In this document: positions 37,234 to 46,960 of the stretch, piece after piece
Layout of the letters: the number at the start of each line of letters is the position of its first letter
Numbering within the stretch: the first letter of the stretch is position 1
Assembly: GCA_034430775.1 (NCBI GenBank)
Contig: DAOUDU010000248.1
Coordinates: 144,120 to 208,119, forward strand
Direction: 5' to 3'
DNA length: 64,000 nt
Source: Anaerolineales bacterium
GTDB lineage: Bacteria; Chloroflexota; Anaerolineae; Anaerolineales; RBG-16-64-43
Notes under the pieces: model-generated
What the model saw: the letters and a program-made list of their open reading frames with translations, nothing else
What the model was told of the DNA's origin: nothing
Databases searched by the model: none
Program-made: the position numbers and the translations under genes

Positions 37234-37536
37234 AATATTGGATGTAGACGCCGAAGTGTAATGCCCGGTGCGGGTCGGATCCGGCGTCCGGACACCAACG
37301 GACCGGAAGAATCCGACCCGCGCCGGTTAGTTAACCGGTTGCCAATAGCAGCGGGAAACCATCCCCGGCACAACAACCCTCAAATCACAAGAATAAAATA
37401 ATAGAAATCCATGGGTTGTTAATTAATTCACATTCAAGTACGATACTCCTAGAGAATATTCCTCTCGCGGAAGTTTTTTTTTATTGCTTGTCATAAATAC
37501 ATTTTTCTCCGCATTTCGGAATCGAACCGATTTCCA

Positions 37537-37567
37537 TTATCCGCAATTCTTTAAGGTTTGTGGATAA
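37537..37567. promoter_or_regulatory. inverted pair of DnaA-box-like 9-mers
   Basis: TTATCCGCA at 37537-37545 has one mismatch. TGTGGATAA at 37559-37567 is the perfect reverse complement of TTATCCACA. Confidence 0.3.
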
Positions 37568-37673
37568 CTGATTTATTGATTCCGGCCATCCAGGATGATA
37601 AAATGCAGTTCTACCGAAAATATCGGGATGGAAGTGATCGGATCGCCATCTTTGGCGTAGAATATATGTTCTA

Positions 37674-38129
37674 ATGCGCTGTGTTTTTTGCGGCAAGGAC
37701 GATGCGAAGGTAATCGATACCACCCATGACGCGCGGGGAGGGATTCGACGCCGCAGAGAATGTCTGGATTGCCATCAGCGTTTCACAACTTATGAGCGAC
37801 CGATCGTCTCAACTCCGCTGGTGATCAAGCACGACGGAACCCGCGAGGAATTCGACCGCGAGAAGCTGGCTTCCGGCATTCGTATCTCCTGCGCCAAGCG
37901 TCCGGTTCCGGCATCCAAGATTGACCGTATCGTCGGCGAAGTGGAAGCCGCACTGCAGCAGATGAGCAAACCGGAAATCTCCAGCCGGGTCATCGGGGAT
38001 ATGGTGATTTCGGCGCTCAAGGAACTCGATCACATCGCGTACATCCGCTATGCGATCGTCTATCTTCGGTTGGACGACCTGCGCTCCATCCGAGACGAAA
38101 TCAACGCCCTGCTGCGCGAAGGTGGTTAA
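37674..38129 (+). CDS. nrdR: transcriptional repressor NrdR
   Basis: MRCVFCG...CLDCHQRFTTYE zinc ribbon plus an ATP-cone. Confidence 0.93.
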   Translation: MRCVFCGKDDAKVIDTTHDARGGIRRRRECLDCHQRFTTYERPIVSTPLVIKHDGTREEFDREKLASGIRISCAKRPVPASKIDRIVGEVEAALQQMSKPEISSRVIGDMVISALKELDHIAYIRYAIVYLRLDDLRSIRDEINALLREGG

Positions 38130-38180
38130 TCCGACCGTCGCCGGTTTTTCGTCCGCATCATTCCTTTCAAGGAGGAAAGC

Positions 38181-40793
38181 ATGACCCATTCCGCACCCGT
38201 CTCGGAGAAATCCAAAATTAAAGGGAATGGCCGCTCTTCCCTGGAACCGGTAGTCCTCTCGCCCAACGCCCGGATTGTCCTGGAGAAACGCTACCTCCGG
38301 CGCGGACCTGATGGGAAGCCGGCTGAGACGGTTGAGGAGATGTTCTGGCGCGTCGCTTTGCATGTCGCGCAAGCCGAAGCCGAATACGGCGGCGACGTAA
38401 CCGAGACAGCCAAAGTGTTCTATGAAATCCTCGCCGGCCTGCGCTTCTTCCCCAACTCCCCCACGTTCACCGGCGCCGGGACCCCGCTTGCTCAGTTGGC
38501 CGCTTGTTTCGTGCTTCCCATTTCCGACGACATGGGTCGTGAGGAAGCCGGAATTTTCCAGACCCTGCGCAACGCGGCCCTTATCCAGCAAACCGGCGGC
38601 GGCAATGGTTTTTCCTTTTCCCGGATCCGCCCCAAGGGCGCATTGGTGAATTCTTCATCCGGCCAGGCCACCGGCCCGGTGGGATTTCTGAGAGTTTACG
38701 ACAAAGCCTTCGGCGAAATCGCCCAAGGAGGTACCCGGCGCGGCGCCAACATGGCCGTGCTTCGGATTGACCATCCGGACATCGAGGAATTCATTACCTG
38801 CAAGACCCAGGAAAACGCAATCACCAATTTTAATATTTCTGTCGGTATCCTGGATTCCTTCATGGAAGCGGTCCGCCATGACGGTGAATGGAGCCTGCGC
38901 TTTCCGGACGTATACGCACCGGGGTACCGTAAGTTCCACGGAACGTTGGAACAAGCCGAACGCGCCGGCGTTCCGATCCGTACCTACCGCACGGTTCGGG
39001 CCCGCGAGTTATACGAGAGGATCGTCCATCAGGCGCATCACAACGGCGAACCCGGGATGCTTTTCCTCGATACCGCCAACCGGTCCAACCCGGTCTCCCA
39101 CCTGTACGATCTGGAAGCGACCAATCCATGCGGCGAGCAATGGCTCGGTCCATACGAAAATTGCTGTCTGGGGTCGCTGAATCTCTCCCGCCATTTTGGG
39201 CGGGGCGGCAGGGTGGACTGGGAAAAACTGCGCAAGGATGTCGCCCTCGCCACCCGATTTCTTGATGATGTTGTTTCGGTGAACTCCTATGTCCCGGCCG
39301 TCCCACAACTCAAGGAGGCGGCGTTCCGAGCGCGACGGATCGGTTTAGGCCTGATGGGGCTCGCGGATCTGATGGTCCATGCCGGTATCCGTTACGGTTC
39401 GGAGGAAGGCCAGGAGTTCGCTTCGCAGGTCATGGAATTTATACGCTTCCACTCGATGAAGACCAGCATCGCACTGGCGAAGGACCGCGGACCTTTCCCG
39501 GTGATCAGCGGCAGCCTGTATGATCCATCCGACCTGAAGTGGACCCCGCCCCAGCCGGTAAAGCCGCACGAACGGGATTTCCACCGCCCGGCAGTGGATT
39601 GGACGGAAATCACACGCGGGATCAAATCCCACGGCCTGCGCAACGCAGCCCAATGCACCATCGCCCCGACAGGAACCATTGCCACCGTGGCGGGGTGCGA
39701 AGGGTACGGCTGCGAGCCGGTATTTGCCCTAGCCTACATCCGCCATGTCAACGACAACGGCACTGATCTTCAGCTGCCGTATGTCTCACCCATGTTCGAT
39801 CAGGCGCTGAAGGACCTGAAACTCGACGAGACCGTTTATCAACAGACCGTGGAAAAGGTGATCCAGCGGGGTTCCTGCCAAGACATCGCGGAAATCCCCG
39901 AAGCGGTTCGCAGCCGGTTTGTCGTATCGCAGGATATTTCGGCTGAAGAGCATGTGCGCCTGCAGGCATCCCTGCAAGCATTCGTCGATAACAGCCTCTC
40001 GAAGACCATTAATTTTCCTCCGGATGCCGCCGAAGAGGATGTTTCCCGTGCGTATCAACTGGCTTGGGAATTGGGGTGCAAGGGATTGACGGTTTTCATC
40101 ACCGGTTCCAGAAAACAGGTCGTCCTGGAAACAGCGGCCACGGCCAAGACCAAGGGGCAGGACGTCTCAATTCTTTCCAACCCGACGGAAAACGCCCCCC
40201 ACCCTGTCACCATGATCCCAACCGCGGTTCCTTCCAACGATCAGCCAATACCGCTTTGGTATGAAACCAAACGCCCGCGTCCGCGCCGGCTCCCCGGGGC
40301 AACCTTCCAAGTGGATACGCCGCTCGGTAAGGCATTTGTTACCGTGAACGAAAACGACGGGTTCCAGCCGTTTGAGGTTTTTATCGCCACCGCCAAGGCC
40401 GGATCGGAAACCGCTGCCGTTTCGGAAGCGCTTGGCCGTTTAATTTCGTATATTCTCCGGCTGGGTTCCCCCGTCCCTCCGAAGGACCGGCTGCTCGAAG
40501 TGGTGCGCCAGCTGGCGGGGATCGGCGGAGGGCGGCCACTCGGATTCGGCCCGAATCGCGTGCTTTCGCTTCCGGACGGCGTCGCGCATGTGTTGGCGGA
40601 TTATTTGGAGGGCGCACTCCCCGGGGGAGAAGCCGAGAAAACCGGGAAGCTTCCTCCCACGGATATCGAATCACTTTCTCCGGCCCAGATAAAAATGAAA
40701 ATCGGCGATCTGTGTCCGCAATGCGGCGAAGCGGCCGTGGTCAATGAAGAGGGCTGCCGCAAGTGCTATGCCTGCGGCTACAGCGAGTGTTGA
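38181..40793 (+). CDS. nrdJ: adenosylcobalamin-dependent ribonucleotide reductase (class II)
   Basis: Motifs [21 protein letters not shown] and [21 protein letters not shown], plus a C-terminal CPQCG...CRKCYACG zinc ribbon. Confidence 0.92.
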   Translation: MTHSAPVSEKSKIKGNGRSSLEPVVLSPNARIVLEKRYLRRGPDGKPAETVEEMFWRVALHVAQAEAEYGGDVTETAKVFYEILAGLRFFPNSPTFTGAGTPLAQLAACFVLPISDDMGREEAGIFQTLRNAALIQQTGGGNGFSFSRIRPKGALVNSSSGQATGPVGFLRVYDKAFGEIAQGGTRRGANMAVLRIDHPDIEEFITCKTQENAITNFNISVGILDSFMEAVRHDGEWSLRFPDVYAPGYRKFHGTLEQAERAGVPIRTYRTVRARELYERIVHQAHHNGEPGMLFLDTANRSNPVSHLYDLEATNPCGEQWLGPYENCCLGSLNLSRHFGRGGRVDWEKLRKDVALATRFLDDVVSVNSYVPAVPQLKEAAFRARRIGLGLMGLADLMVHAGIRYGSEEGQEFASQVMEFIRFHSMKTSIALAKDRGPFPVISGSLYDPSDLKWTPPQPVKPHERDFHRPAVDWTEITRGIKSHGLRNAAQCTIAPTGTIATVAGCEGYGCEPVFALAYIRHVNDNGTDLQLPYVSPMFDQALKDLKLDETVYQQTVEKVIQRGSCQDIAEIPEAVRSRFVVSQDISAEEHVRLQASLQAFVDNSLSKTINFPPDAAEEDVSRAYQLAWELGCKGLTVFITGSRKQVVLETAATAKTKGQDVSILSNPTENAPHPVTMIPTAVPSNDQPIPLWYETKRPRPRRLPGATFQVDTPLGKAFVTVNENDGFQPFEVFIATAKAGSETAAVSEALGRLISYILRLGSPVPPKDRLLEVVRQLAGIGGGRPLGFGPNRVLSLPDGVAHVLADYLEGALPGGEAEKTGKLPPTDIESLSPAQIKMKIGDLCPQCGEAAVVNEEGCRKCYACGYSEC

Positions 40794-40823
40794 ATGCGCT
40801 TCACCAATAAGGTTGTGTTCATC

Positions 40824-40865
40824 AAAACAAGCCCGGTGGAGTAACCCACCGGGCTTGTTTCAAAT
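40824..40865. terminator. 13-bp hairpin between convergent nrdJ and the protease-like gene
   Basis: ACAAGCCCGGTGG-agtaac-CCACCGGGCTTGT, flanked by A-rich and T-rich tracts. Confidence 0.7.
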
Positions 40866-40917
40866 TCGAATTTTAATAAAAGCCTTCACGAGCCTCCGTT
40901 ATTCCGGTGAAACCGAT

Positions 40918-43332
40918 TTAATAATGTCCATACGCCGACTGGACACGGGTGACGACATCCAAATCAGGTCCCAGCACCCAGAGGATATCCCTTCCTGAAC
41001 GGTAAAGGCAGGTAGTTTCCTGGTTAACCGCCCAGCAGAACCCGGAAGAGGAGCTGGCGGTTTCACCGCGGAACCGCTTGTCCACATGCTCTTTCATGGC
41101 GGCGTAGAATTGCGTTGCATCCGCATCCGTATCCCAGTTCCATTCCGCCGCGAGAAGCAATTTCTCTCCGTCGGACGAGGAGAAGACCAGATAATGATCG
41201 CCCCCCCAGCCGGCGGCCGCCGTCTCGGCCGTATCGGATGGGATTTGCGAGGTATTATCCGCACCGTATGCCAGGAGAAGATAACTCATGTACTCTCCCA
41301 GGCTGTCCGATTTGACCAACGCCCAGTCCGAACCCAGCGCCGATTCCAGATTCGGGATCTTCATCACCGCCGGTTTCTCCCTGTTTAGGTATTTCTCAGG
41401 ATGGAGGATTTGTTCCGTACTGACCGGCAGATTTTCATATGCCTTGTTGACTTCCGCCCAATTGCCCTTTTCCCAAAGGGTGCCGACGAAGACCAATCCA
41501 CCGTAATACGAGAATTCCACCATCGGGGTGACGTACGGCGGGGTATTTTGTTCCGGCGGCAGCAGGAACGGATAGGGATACAGCGCGATATCCCGCTCAT
41601 CGTAGGGCGAGGCGTATTGATCCCGCCAAAACATCATCACCAGCATGGCATCCCCCTCGACCAGCGCGCGGATCGCTTCGCAACGCTGGGAATCGTTGGC
41701 GCACATCGGATCGTCCTCCATGATTCCGACCGCCGCATAATGGCTGTGCACCAGCGCATGGTCATACTCGTGAGTGAAGGTCCAACGCTCCATTCCCGCA
41801 AAACGGTTCCCGATGATATAGATCGCCGGATCCGCAGGCATATAGAACCCCAGCACACCATCCGCCAGCCGGGTCAGCGCATATTTGGCCAGATCATATG
41901 TGGGCTTGATGAACCCGAGCGCTGCCAAGGCTTTGGCATCGTTCTGGATCGTATCACGGTATCCGATCCGATCATATTCATTTAGCAAAATGTTTTCCGC
42001 CTGAGTCCGGTCGACAACATACGCAGGAATAGATCCTTCCATGCTCAATCCCCGGATGTCTTCGACCTCCGTTTTCAGCCGATCCATATCCGCCTGAACC
42101 GTCGCGTCCGGTTGGGCCAAGGTCGGGGACTGGGTTTGAGTCGGGGTGGCTGAAATGGTAGGCGTGCGAGTTAAGGTTGGGGTCGGCGTGTCCGTCAAAC
42201 GCGGCGGTAAAACAAACGGTGTGGGCGTATCCAAAATTACCGGCGGAATGGATGCTGCGGAATCCGTCCCGTTCGTGAATAAAGCCGGTAAGATTCCGGT
42301 AATCCATAATGCCGCGCCGATGCCGGCCAAGATCAACACCAGGATAATCCCCACCACAAGGCAGGTGCAGCCCGTGCCGCGCTTTTTTTTGGCAGGAGGG
42401 ATACCTGCTGGCTGTGCGCCGGCCGGTCCCAGTTGGCCGGTTTTCCTGACAGGCGCCCGTACCGGTTGTGCGCCGGCCTTGGCCAGTTGACCGGTTTTTC
42501 GGACAGGCGCTCCTGCCGGTTGTGCGCCAGCCTGGGCTAGTTGGCCGGTTTTCCGGACAGGTGCCCCTGCCGGCTGTGCGCCGGCCTGGGCCAGTTGGCC
42601 GGTTTTCCGGACAGGTGCAATGGGCTTACCTGTAGCACCTGGCTGAGGTGGAATGTCGAATGGCGCTACGGCGTTGGGAGACGGCTTTTGAGCCGGCACA
42701 GCCGCGGCTTTCGGTTTTTGCCCGGGAACAGCCTGTTGTTGTTGCGTTGGATTTGGAAAAGGGTGTGATAGCTGAGCCGCCTGCGCACCAATTCCTGGAG
42801 GTCCCACTTCGGGTATGACGGAGAGGTCATCGTTGGCATGATCGATATCGACAGTGAAGGGAGAGGCATGGACGACCGTCGGCACATTTGAGGGTGAAGG
42901 CGCGTTGGGCGGCGCAGCCGAACCGGCAGCGGTTGGGGTATCTTTAAACGATGCCATCTCCCCGGTGACGCCGGGCGCCGGCGTGGGCGGTATGGACGGA
43001 GTAGTGGAAGGTTTTACGGGAATCCGTGCTGCCGGAGCGACGATGTCATCGGACGCGTTACCGGGTTCCACCGGGCCCGTTCCCGGACCGCCTTGCATCT
43101 TCTCCAAAGCGACTTTCGCTTCGACATTCTCCGGATTGATTGCCAGTACTTTACGGAGACAATCGGCCTTTTGCGCCGGCTCTTCCAGCGTATAGGAAAG
43201 GAACATCCACCCGGCTTCCAACCGCGGGTCGGCGCGGACAATATCCAGCAGCAGCGCCCTCGCTTCCACAAGTTGGCCGGCGACATAGAATTCCATTGCC
43301 TGCTGCAGTACTTCGCTGAAGTCCCTTGCCAT
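40918..43332 (-). CDS. membrane protein: cytoplasmic TPR + Pro-rich 18-aa repeats + TM + extracytoplasmic HExxH domain
   Basis: ATG 43332 has AGGAG upstream. TPR-like N-terminus (AMEFYVAGQLVEARALLLDIV). Four copies of PVRKTGQLAQAGAQPAGA. TM helix CLVVGIILVLILAGIGAALWITGIL. Motif FTHEYDHALVH. Confidence 0.8.
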   Translation of the reverse strand: MARDFSEVLQQAMEFYVAGQLVEARALLLDIVRADPRLEAGWMFLSYTLEEPAQKADCLRKVLAINPENVEAKVALEKMQGGPGTGPVEPGNASDDIVAPAARIPVKPSTTPSIPPTPAPGVTGEMASFKDTPTAAGSAAPPNAPSPSNVPTVVHASPFTVDIDHANDDLSVIPEVGPPGIGAQAAQLSHPFPNPTQQQQAVPGQKPKAAAVPAQKPSPNAVAPFDIPPQPGATGKPIAPVRKTGQLAQAGAQPAGAPVRKTGQLAQAGAQPAGAPVRKTGQLAKAGAQPVRAPVRKTGQLGPAGAQPAGIPPAKKKRGTGCTCLVVGIILVLILAGIGAALWITGILPALFTNGTDSAASIPPVILDTPTPFVLPPRLTDTPTPTLTRTPTISATPTQTQSPTLAQPDATVQADMDRLKTEVEDIRGLSMEGSIPAYVVDRTQAENILLNEYDRIGYRDTIQNDAKALAALGFIKPTYDLAKYALTRLADGVLGFYMPADPAIYIIGNRFAGMERWTFTHEYDHALVHSHYAAVGIMEDDPMCANDSQRCEAIRALVEGDAMLVMMFWRDQYASPYDERDIALYPYPFLLPPEQNTPPYVTPMVEFSYYGGLVFVGTLWEKGNWAEVNKAYENLPVSTEQILHPEKYLNREKPAVMKIPNLESALGSDWALVKSDSLGEYMSYLLLAYGADNTSQIPSDTAETAAAGWGGDHYLVFSSSDGEKLLLAAEWNWDTDADATQFYAAMKEHVDKRFRGETASSSSGFCWAVNQETTCLYRSGRDILWVLGPDLDVVTRVQSAYGHY
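42404..42625. repeat. about 4 tandem 54-bp coding repeats
   Basis: The unit cagttggccggttttccggacaggtgcccctgccggctgtgcgccggcctgggc encodes the 18-aa repeat of the gene above. There are no unique spacers. Confidence 0.85.
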
Positions 43333-43566
43333 TGCCGGTACGCTCCTTGCCTGATTCCTTTTGCGAATTGTAGCATTTTCCCATGGTCTGGGCAATAATT
43401 TTAACTTTGCATCACCGCTTATCGATTTGCGCATCGCACCATCAGCCCGAACCAGCGAAGTATTTATGTATAATATCCGGCTGAACCGATAAAGGCGGTG
43501 GCGCGGAATGGATGCAGCCGGTTCCGAGGAAAAGCATTCCTCTGGCATCTTTGAAAACCTGGATGG

Positions 43567-44628
43567 ATGGGCATGCGGGATAAACGAAAGGGATTAATAT
43601 CCAGAAAGTGGCGGGCCAGTTTGCGCGACACCTCCCTGCTCCTGCGCGAGTTTCGGGATCCGTTGCTTTTATTTACCCTGGCGATGACCGGCTTGGGGCT
43701 GCTGTACTATGTCCTTTCGGCAAAATTCGGCGAACCCGTTTCCAATCCTGTTGAGGGGGTGTATCTGGTCCTGACCGCAACCTTCCTGCAACCCCTGGGG
43801 GAGTTTCCGCATTCTCCCGTATTACAGGCATTCTTCTTCCTCATGCCCTTGATCGGCATTATGACCCTGGCTTATGGTTTGGCCGATTTTGGTACACTGT
43901 TTTTTAACCGCCGCGCGCGGGGCAAGGAGTGGGAAATGGCTGTTGCATCCACGTTCGCCAACCATATCGTCCTGGTGGGATTGGGGCATCTGGGTTTCCG
44001 GGTTGCCAACCAGCTTCACCAAATGGAGCAGGACGTCGTGGCGATCGAACTCAGCCCAACCGCCGATCTGGTCGCCAACACCCGGCGGCTGGATATCCCC
44101 GTGCTTCCCGGCGACGGGACCAAGGAAGACCTGCTGGAAGCAGCCGGCATCCGCCGCGCGCGGGCGATCATTCTGTGCACGCAAAACGATAGTCTGAATC
44201 TTCAGATGGCCGTCAAGGCGCGCGGTATCAACCCATCGATCCATGTCGTGATCCGAATCTTTGACGATGATTTTGCCACCGCGCTTCAGCAACAATTCGG
44301 ATTTACGGCGATCAGCGCCACCGGGATGGCGTCACCGGTTTTTGCCGCCGCCGCGGCGGGAGCCAATATCTCACCGCCGATCATGGTTGAAGGGAATCCG
44401 CTGTCCTTCGCGACGGTGGAATTTCTGGATTGCGCGGATGCCAGGGGGAAGACCCTGGACAATCTTGAGCAGCGCTACCATATCAGTACCGTGCTGCTGA
44501 AACGGAAAGGCGGGCTGGAGTGGCACCCCTCCAGTTTTGAAACGATCCAGTCCGGGGATATTGTCGGCGTGCTCGGAAACCCGGACCGGATCAATGAAAT
44601 CGTACACGATTGCCAAAATCCATCGTAA
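43567..44628 (+). CDS. two-TM channel-like protein fused to RCK (TrkA-N/TrkA-C), without a canonical K+ selectivity filter
   Basis: VLVGLGHLGFRV Rossmann motif. The pore-position sequence is LTATFLQPLGEFP rather than TVGYG. Confidence 0.8.
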   Translation: MGMRDKRKGLISRKWRASLRDTSLLLREFRDPLLLFTLAMTGLGLLYYVLSAKFGEPVSNPVEGVYLVLTATFLQPLGEFPHSPVLQAFFFLMPLIGIMTLAYGLADFGTLFFNRRARGKEWEMAVASTFANHIVLVGLGHLGFRVANQLHQMEQDVVAIELSPTADLVANTRRLDIPVLPGDGTKEDLLEAAGIRRARAIILCTQNDSLNLQMAVKARGINPSIHVVIRIFDDDFATALQQQFGFTAISATGMASPVFAAAAAGANISPPIMVEGNPLSFATVEFLDCADARGKTLDNLEQRYHISTVLLKRKGGLEWHPSSFETIQSGDIVGVLGNPDRINEIVHDCQNPS

Positions 44629-44640
44629 AAATAATCTCAA

Positions 44641-44708
44641 CGCCAAGCCGCACGGCGCACAAAGAAATAATACCTACTTCCTTTGCGTCCTTGGCGTCTT
44701 AGCGGTGA
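44641..44708. repeat. family-1-like inverted-repeat element, copy C (convergent junction)
   Basis: CGCCAAGCCGCACGGCGCACAAAGAAA ... TTCCTTTGCGTCCTTGGCGTCTTAGCGGTG. Confidence 0.5.
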
Positions 44709-44727
44709 GATTTTATCGGAAAAGGAT

Positions 44728-45807
44728 TTAGTCCAACTCCCTCAACACGCAATCCGTCATGGCTTTTGTGCCGAGCGCCGGTTTTCCAACCGGTCGAAGA
44801 TCCGCAGTCCGGTTGCCGGCATCCAGCACCCGATCCACCGCACGCTCGATCGCGCCGGCTTCCTTCTCCCAGTCCAGCGAATACCGGAACAGCATCGCCC
44901 CGCTCAGGATCGCCGCAATGGGATTGGCGATCCCTTTTCCGGTGATATCCGGTGCCGAGCCGTGAATGGGCTCATACAGCCCCGGCCCGTCAGAACCCAG
45001 CGACGCCGAAGGCAGCATCCCCATCGAGCCTGCCAGAACGGATGCTTCGTCGGTGAGTATGTCACCAAACATATTATCGGTGACGATCACATCGAAATCC
45101 TGCGGAGCCGTGATGATGCGCATCGCCGCCGTATCCACCAGGATATGATCCAGAGCGATCTCGGGATGCTGCCTGCCTACCTCGGCTGTCACCTGCCGCC
45201 ACAGGCGGGACGACTCCAGAACATTCGCCTTATCCACCGATGTGACTTTGCGGTGGCGGCCAGCCGCCAGTTTGAAGGCGAATTCCACCACCCGCCGGAC
45301 TTCGAAATCGGAATATTCCAGCGTATCCACGGCGCGCTCATGGCCGTCTGCGGTTCTCCCGCGTTCTTTCGGCAGCCCGAAGTACAACCCGCCGGTAAGC
45401 TCCCGCACCACCATGAAATCCACCCCTGCGATGCGGTCCGGTTTAATCGGAGAGACATCCTGCAGGGAAGAACGGACTTTGACCGGCCGCAGATTGGCAA
45501 ACACCTCCAACCCTTGCCGCAAGGCAAGCAGTCCCTGTTCCGGACGGACCGCAGCGCGCGGATCGTCCCATTTCGGGCCGCCCACCGCTCCCATCAACAC
45601 GGCATCCGCCGCCCGGCAGTCGGCAAGGACCTCGTCCGTCAGCGCAACCCCGTACCGGTCAATGGAACAACCGCCCATCAACCGTTCCCGAAATTCCAGC
45701 GTATGCCCACCCATGCCCGCGGCCTGCTCGAGGACGCGCACGGCTTCCGCAAGCACTTCGGGGCCTATTCCGTCACCGGGAAGGAGAACGATAACAGCGC
45801 GAGCCAT
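44728..45807 (-). CDS. leuB: 3-isopropylmalate dehydrogenase
   Basis: VLLPGDGIGPEV ... DNMFGDILTDEASVLAGSMGMLPSASLG. Confidence 0.92.
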   Translation of the reverse strand: MARAVIVLLPGDGIGPEVLAEAVRVLEQAAGMGGHTLEFRERLMGGCSIDRYGVALTDEVLADCRAADAVLMGAVGGPKWDDPRAAVRPEQGLLALRQGLEVFANLRPVKVRSSLQDVSPIKPDRIAGVDFMVVRELTGGLYFGLPKERGRTADGHERAVDTLEYSDFEVRRVVEFAFKLAAGRHRKVTSVDKANVLESSRLWRQVTAEVGRQHPEIALDHILVDTAAMRIITAPQDFDVIVTDNMFGDILTDEASVLAGSMGMLPSASLGSDGPGLYEPIHGSAPDITGKGIANPIAAILSGAMLFRYSLDWEKEAGAIERAVDRVLDAGNRTADLRPVGKPALGTKAMTDCVLRELD

Positions 45808-45811
45808 CCGC

Positions 45812-46876
45812 CTACACCAGCCCGGCGATCAGATCGCCGGTCTCCGTCGTCGAGAGGCCCATCTTTCCCGCTGCGAGACTCTTGATTTTCCCACCGGAAA
45901 GCGCTTTGATCACCGCCTGTTCGACCGCATTCGCCGCGGCGCTTTCCCCAACCGCATCCAGGAGCATTCCCCCGGCACAGATCGCCGCCATCGGGTTGAT
46001 CACATTCTTGCCGGTGTATTTAGGCGCCGAACCGCCGATCGGTTCGAACATCGAGACTCCCTCCGGATTGATGTTTCCTCCGGCGGCGATACCCATCCCG
46101 CCCTGGATCATCGCTCCCAGATCGGTGATGATATCGCCGAACATGTTATCCGTTACGATCACGTCGAACCAATCCGGATTTTTTACCATCCACATCGTCG
46201 TCGCATCCACGTGCGCATAATCGGTCTGGACTCCGGGATATTCCTTCGCCACTTCATAGAAAGTCCGCTCCCACAGGTCAAAGGCGAACGTCAGGACGTT
46301 GGTTTTTCCGCACAACGTCAGCTTGTTGCGTTTGGCGCGCTTCCGGCAGGCTTCGAAGGCGTAGCGGATACAGCGCTCGACGCCCATCCGCGTATTGATC
46401 GATTCCTGGACCGCCACCTCGTTCGGGGTGCCCTTGCGCAGGACTCCACCCGCCCCGGTATACAGGCCTTCCGTGTTCTCGCGCACGACCAGGAAATCGA
46501 TGTCGGCGGGGGTTTTATCCTTCAGCGGCGTATCCACATTCGGATACAGTTTGACCGGCCGCAGATTGATGTACTGGTCCAATTCGAACCGCAGGCGCAA
46601 CAGCAGTCCTTTTTCCAGGATGCCCGGCTTCACATCCGGATGGCCGATCGCACCCAGATAGATCACATCCAGCTTGCGGAGTTCCGCGACTACGCTGTCG
46701 GGGAGTATTTCACCGGTGCGCTTGTAGCGTTCCCCGCCCAGATCGTAATCGATCCAGTTGATCCCGAAACCGAATTTTTTCGAAGCCGCCTCCAGGACCT
46801 TTTGGCCTTCGCGGATAACCTCCGGCCCCGTGCCGTCTCCGCCGATCACACCGATGCGATACGATTTGCCTGCCAT
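45812..46876 (-). CDS. second beta-decarboxylating dehydrogenase, tartrate/D-malate dehydrogenase (TtuC/DmlA)-like
   Basis: GGDGTGPEV, FDQYINLRPVKLYP, VVRENTEGLY and DNMFGDIITDLG. It resembles E. coli DmlA as I remember it more than canonical LeuB. Confidence 0.85.
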   Translation of the reverse strand: MAGKSYRIGVIGGDGTGPEVIREGQKVLEAASKKFGFGINWIDYDLGGERYKRTGEILPDSVVAELRKLDVIYLGAIGHPDVKPGILEKGLLLRLRFELDQYINLRPVKLYPNVDTPLKDKTPADIDFLVVRENTEGLYTGAGGVLRKGTPNEVAVQESINTRMGVERCIRYAFEACRKRAKRNKLTLCGKTNVLTFAFDLWERTFYEVAKEYPGVQTDYAHVDATTMWMVKNPDWFDVIVTDNMFGDIITDLGAMIQGGMGIAAGGNINPEGVSMFEPIGGSAPKYTGKNVINPMAAICAGGMLLDAVGESAAANAVEQAVIKALSGGKIKSLAAGKMGLSTTETGDLIAGLV

Positions 46877-46900
46877 GAAGAGTCTCCTTGAAAAATGGAT

Positions 46901-46960
46901 GGCCCTCTCCCCTTCCCCGTTACTCGTTCCGCGATAAACGGGGGAGGATTGAGGAGGGGG
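46901..46960. repeat. family-3 pyrimidine/purine-arm hairpin, copy A (intercistronic)
   Basis: CTCCCCTTCCCCGTT-loop-AACGGGGGAGGATTGAGGAGGGGG. It shares the 14-mer TAAACGGGGGAGGA with 56563-56576. Confidence 0.6.

Noticed and set aside
37380-37680. Replication origin (AT-rich tract plus DnaA boxes).
   Set aside because: Only two DnaA-like boxes are present. There is no dnaA/dnaN context and no cluster of boxes or 13-mer-like repeats. A regulatory site for the nrd genes, or chance, is more likely.
38130-38180. Cobalamin riboswitch ahead of nrdJ.
   Set aside because: The nrdR-nrdJ spacer is only 51 nt, far too short, and nothing B12-box-like was seen upstream of nrdR.
42404-42625. Regularly spaced 54-bp repeats as a possible CRISPR array.
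   Set aside because: The units are directly tandem with no unique spacers. They lie in frame inside a long ORF, where they encode an 18-aa peptide repeat.
44683-46891. Very long plus-strand ORFs (400 aa at 44683-45885 and 549 aa at 45242-46891) opposite leuB and the DmlA-like gene.
   Set aside because: Their translations are Arg/Pro/Gly/His-rich low-complexity sequences typical of antisense shadow ORFs in GC-rich DNA. The opposite strand encodes textbook dehydrogenases.
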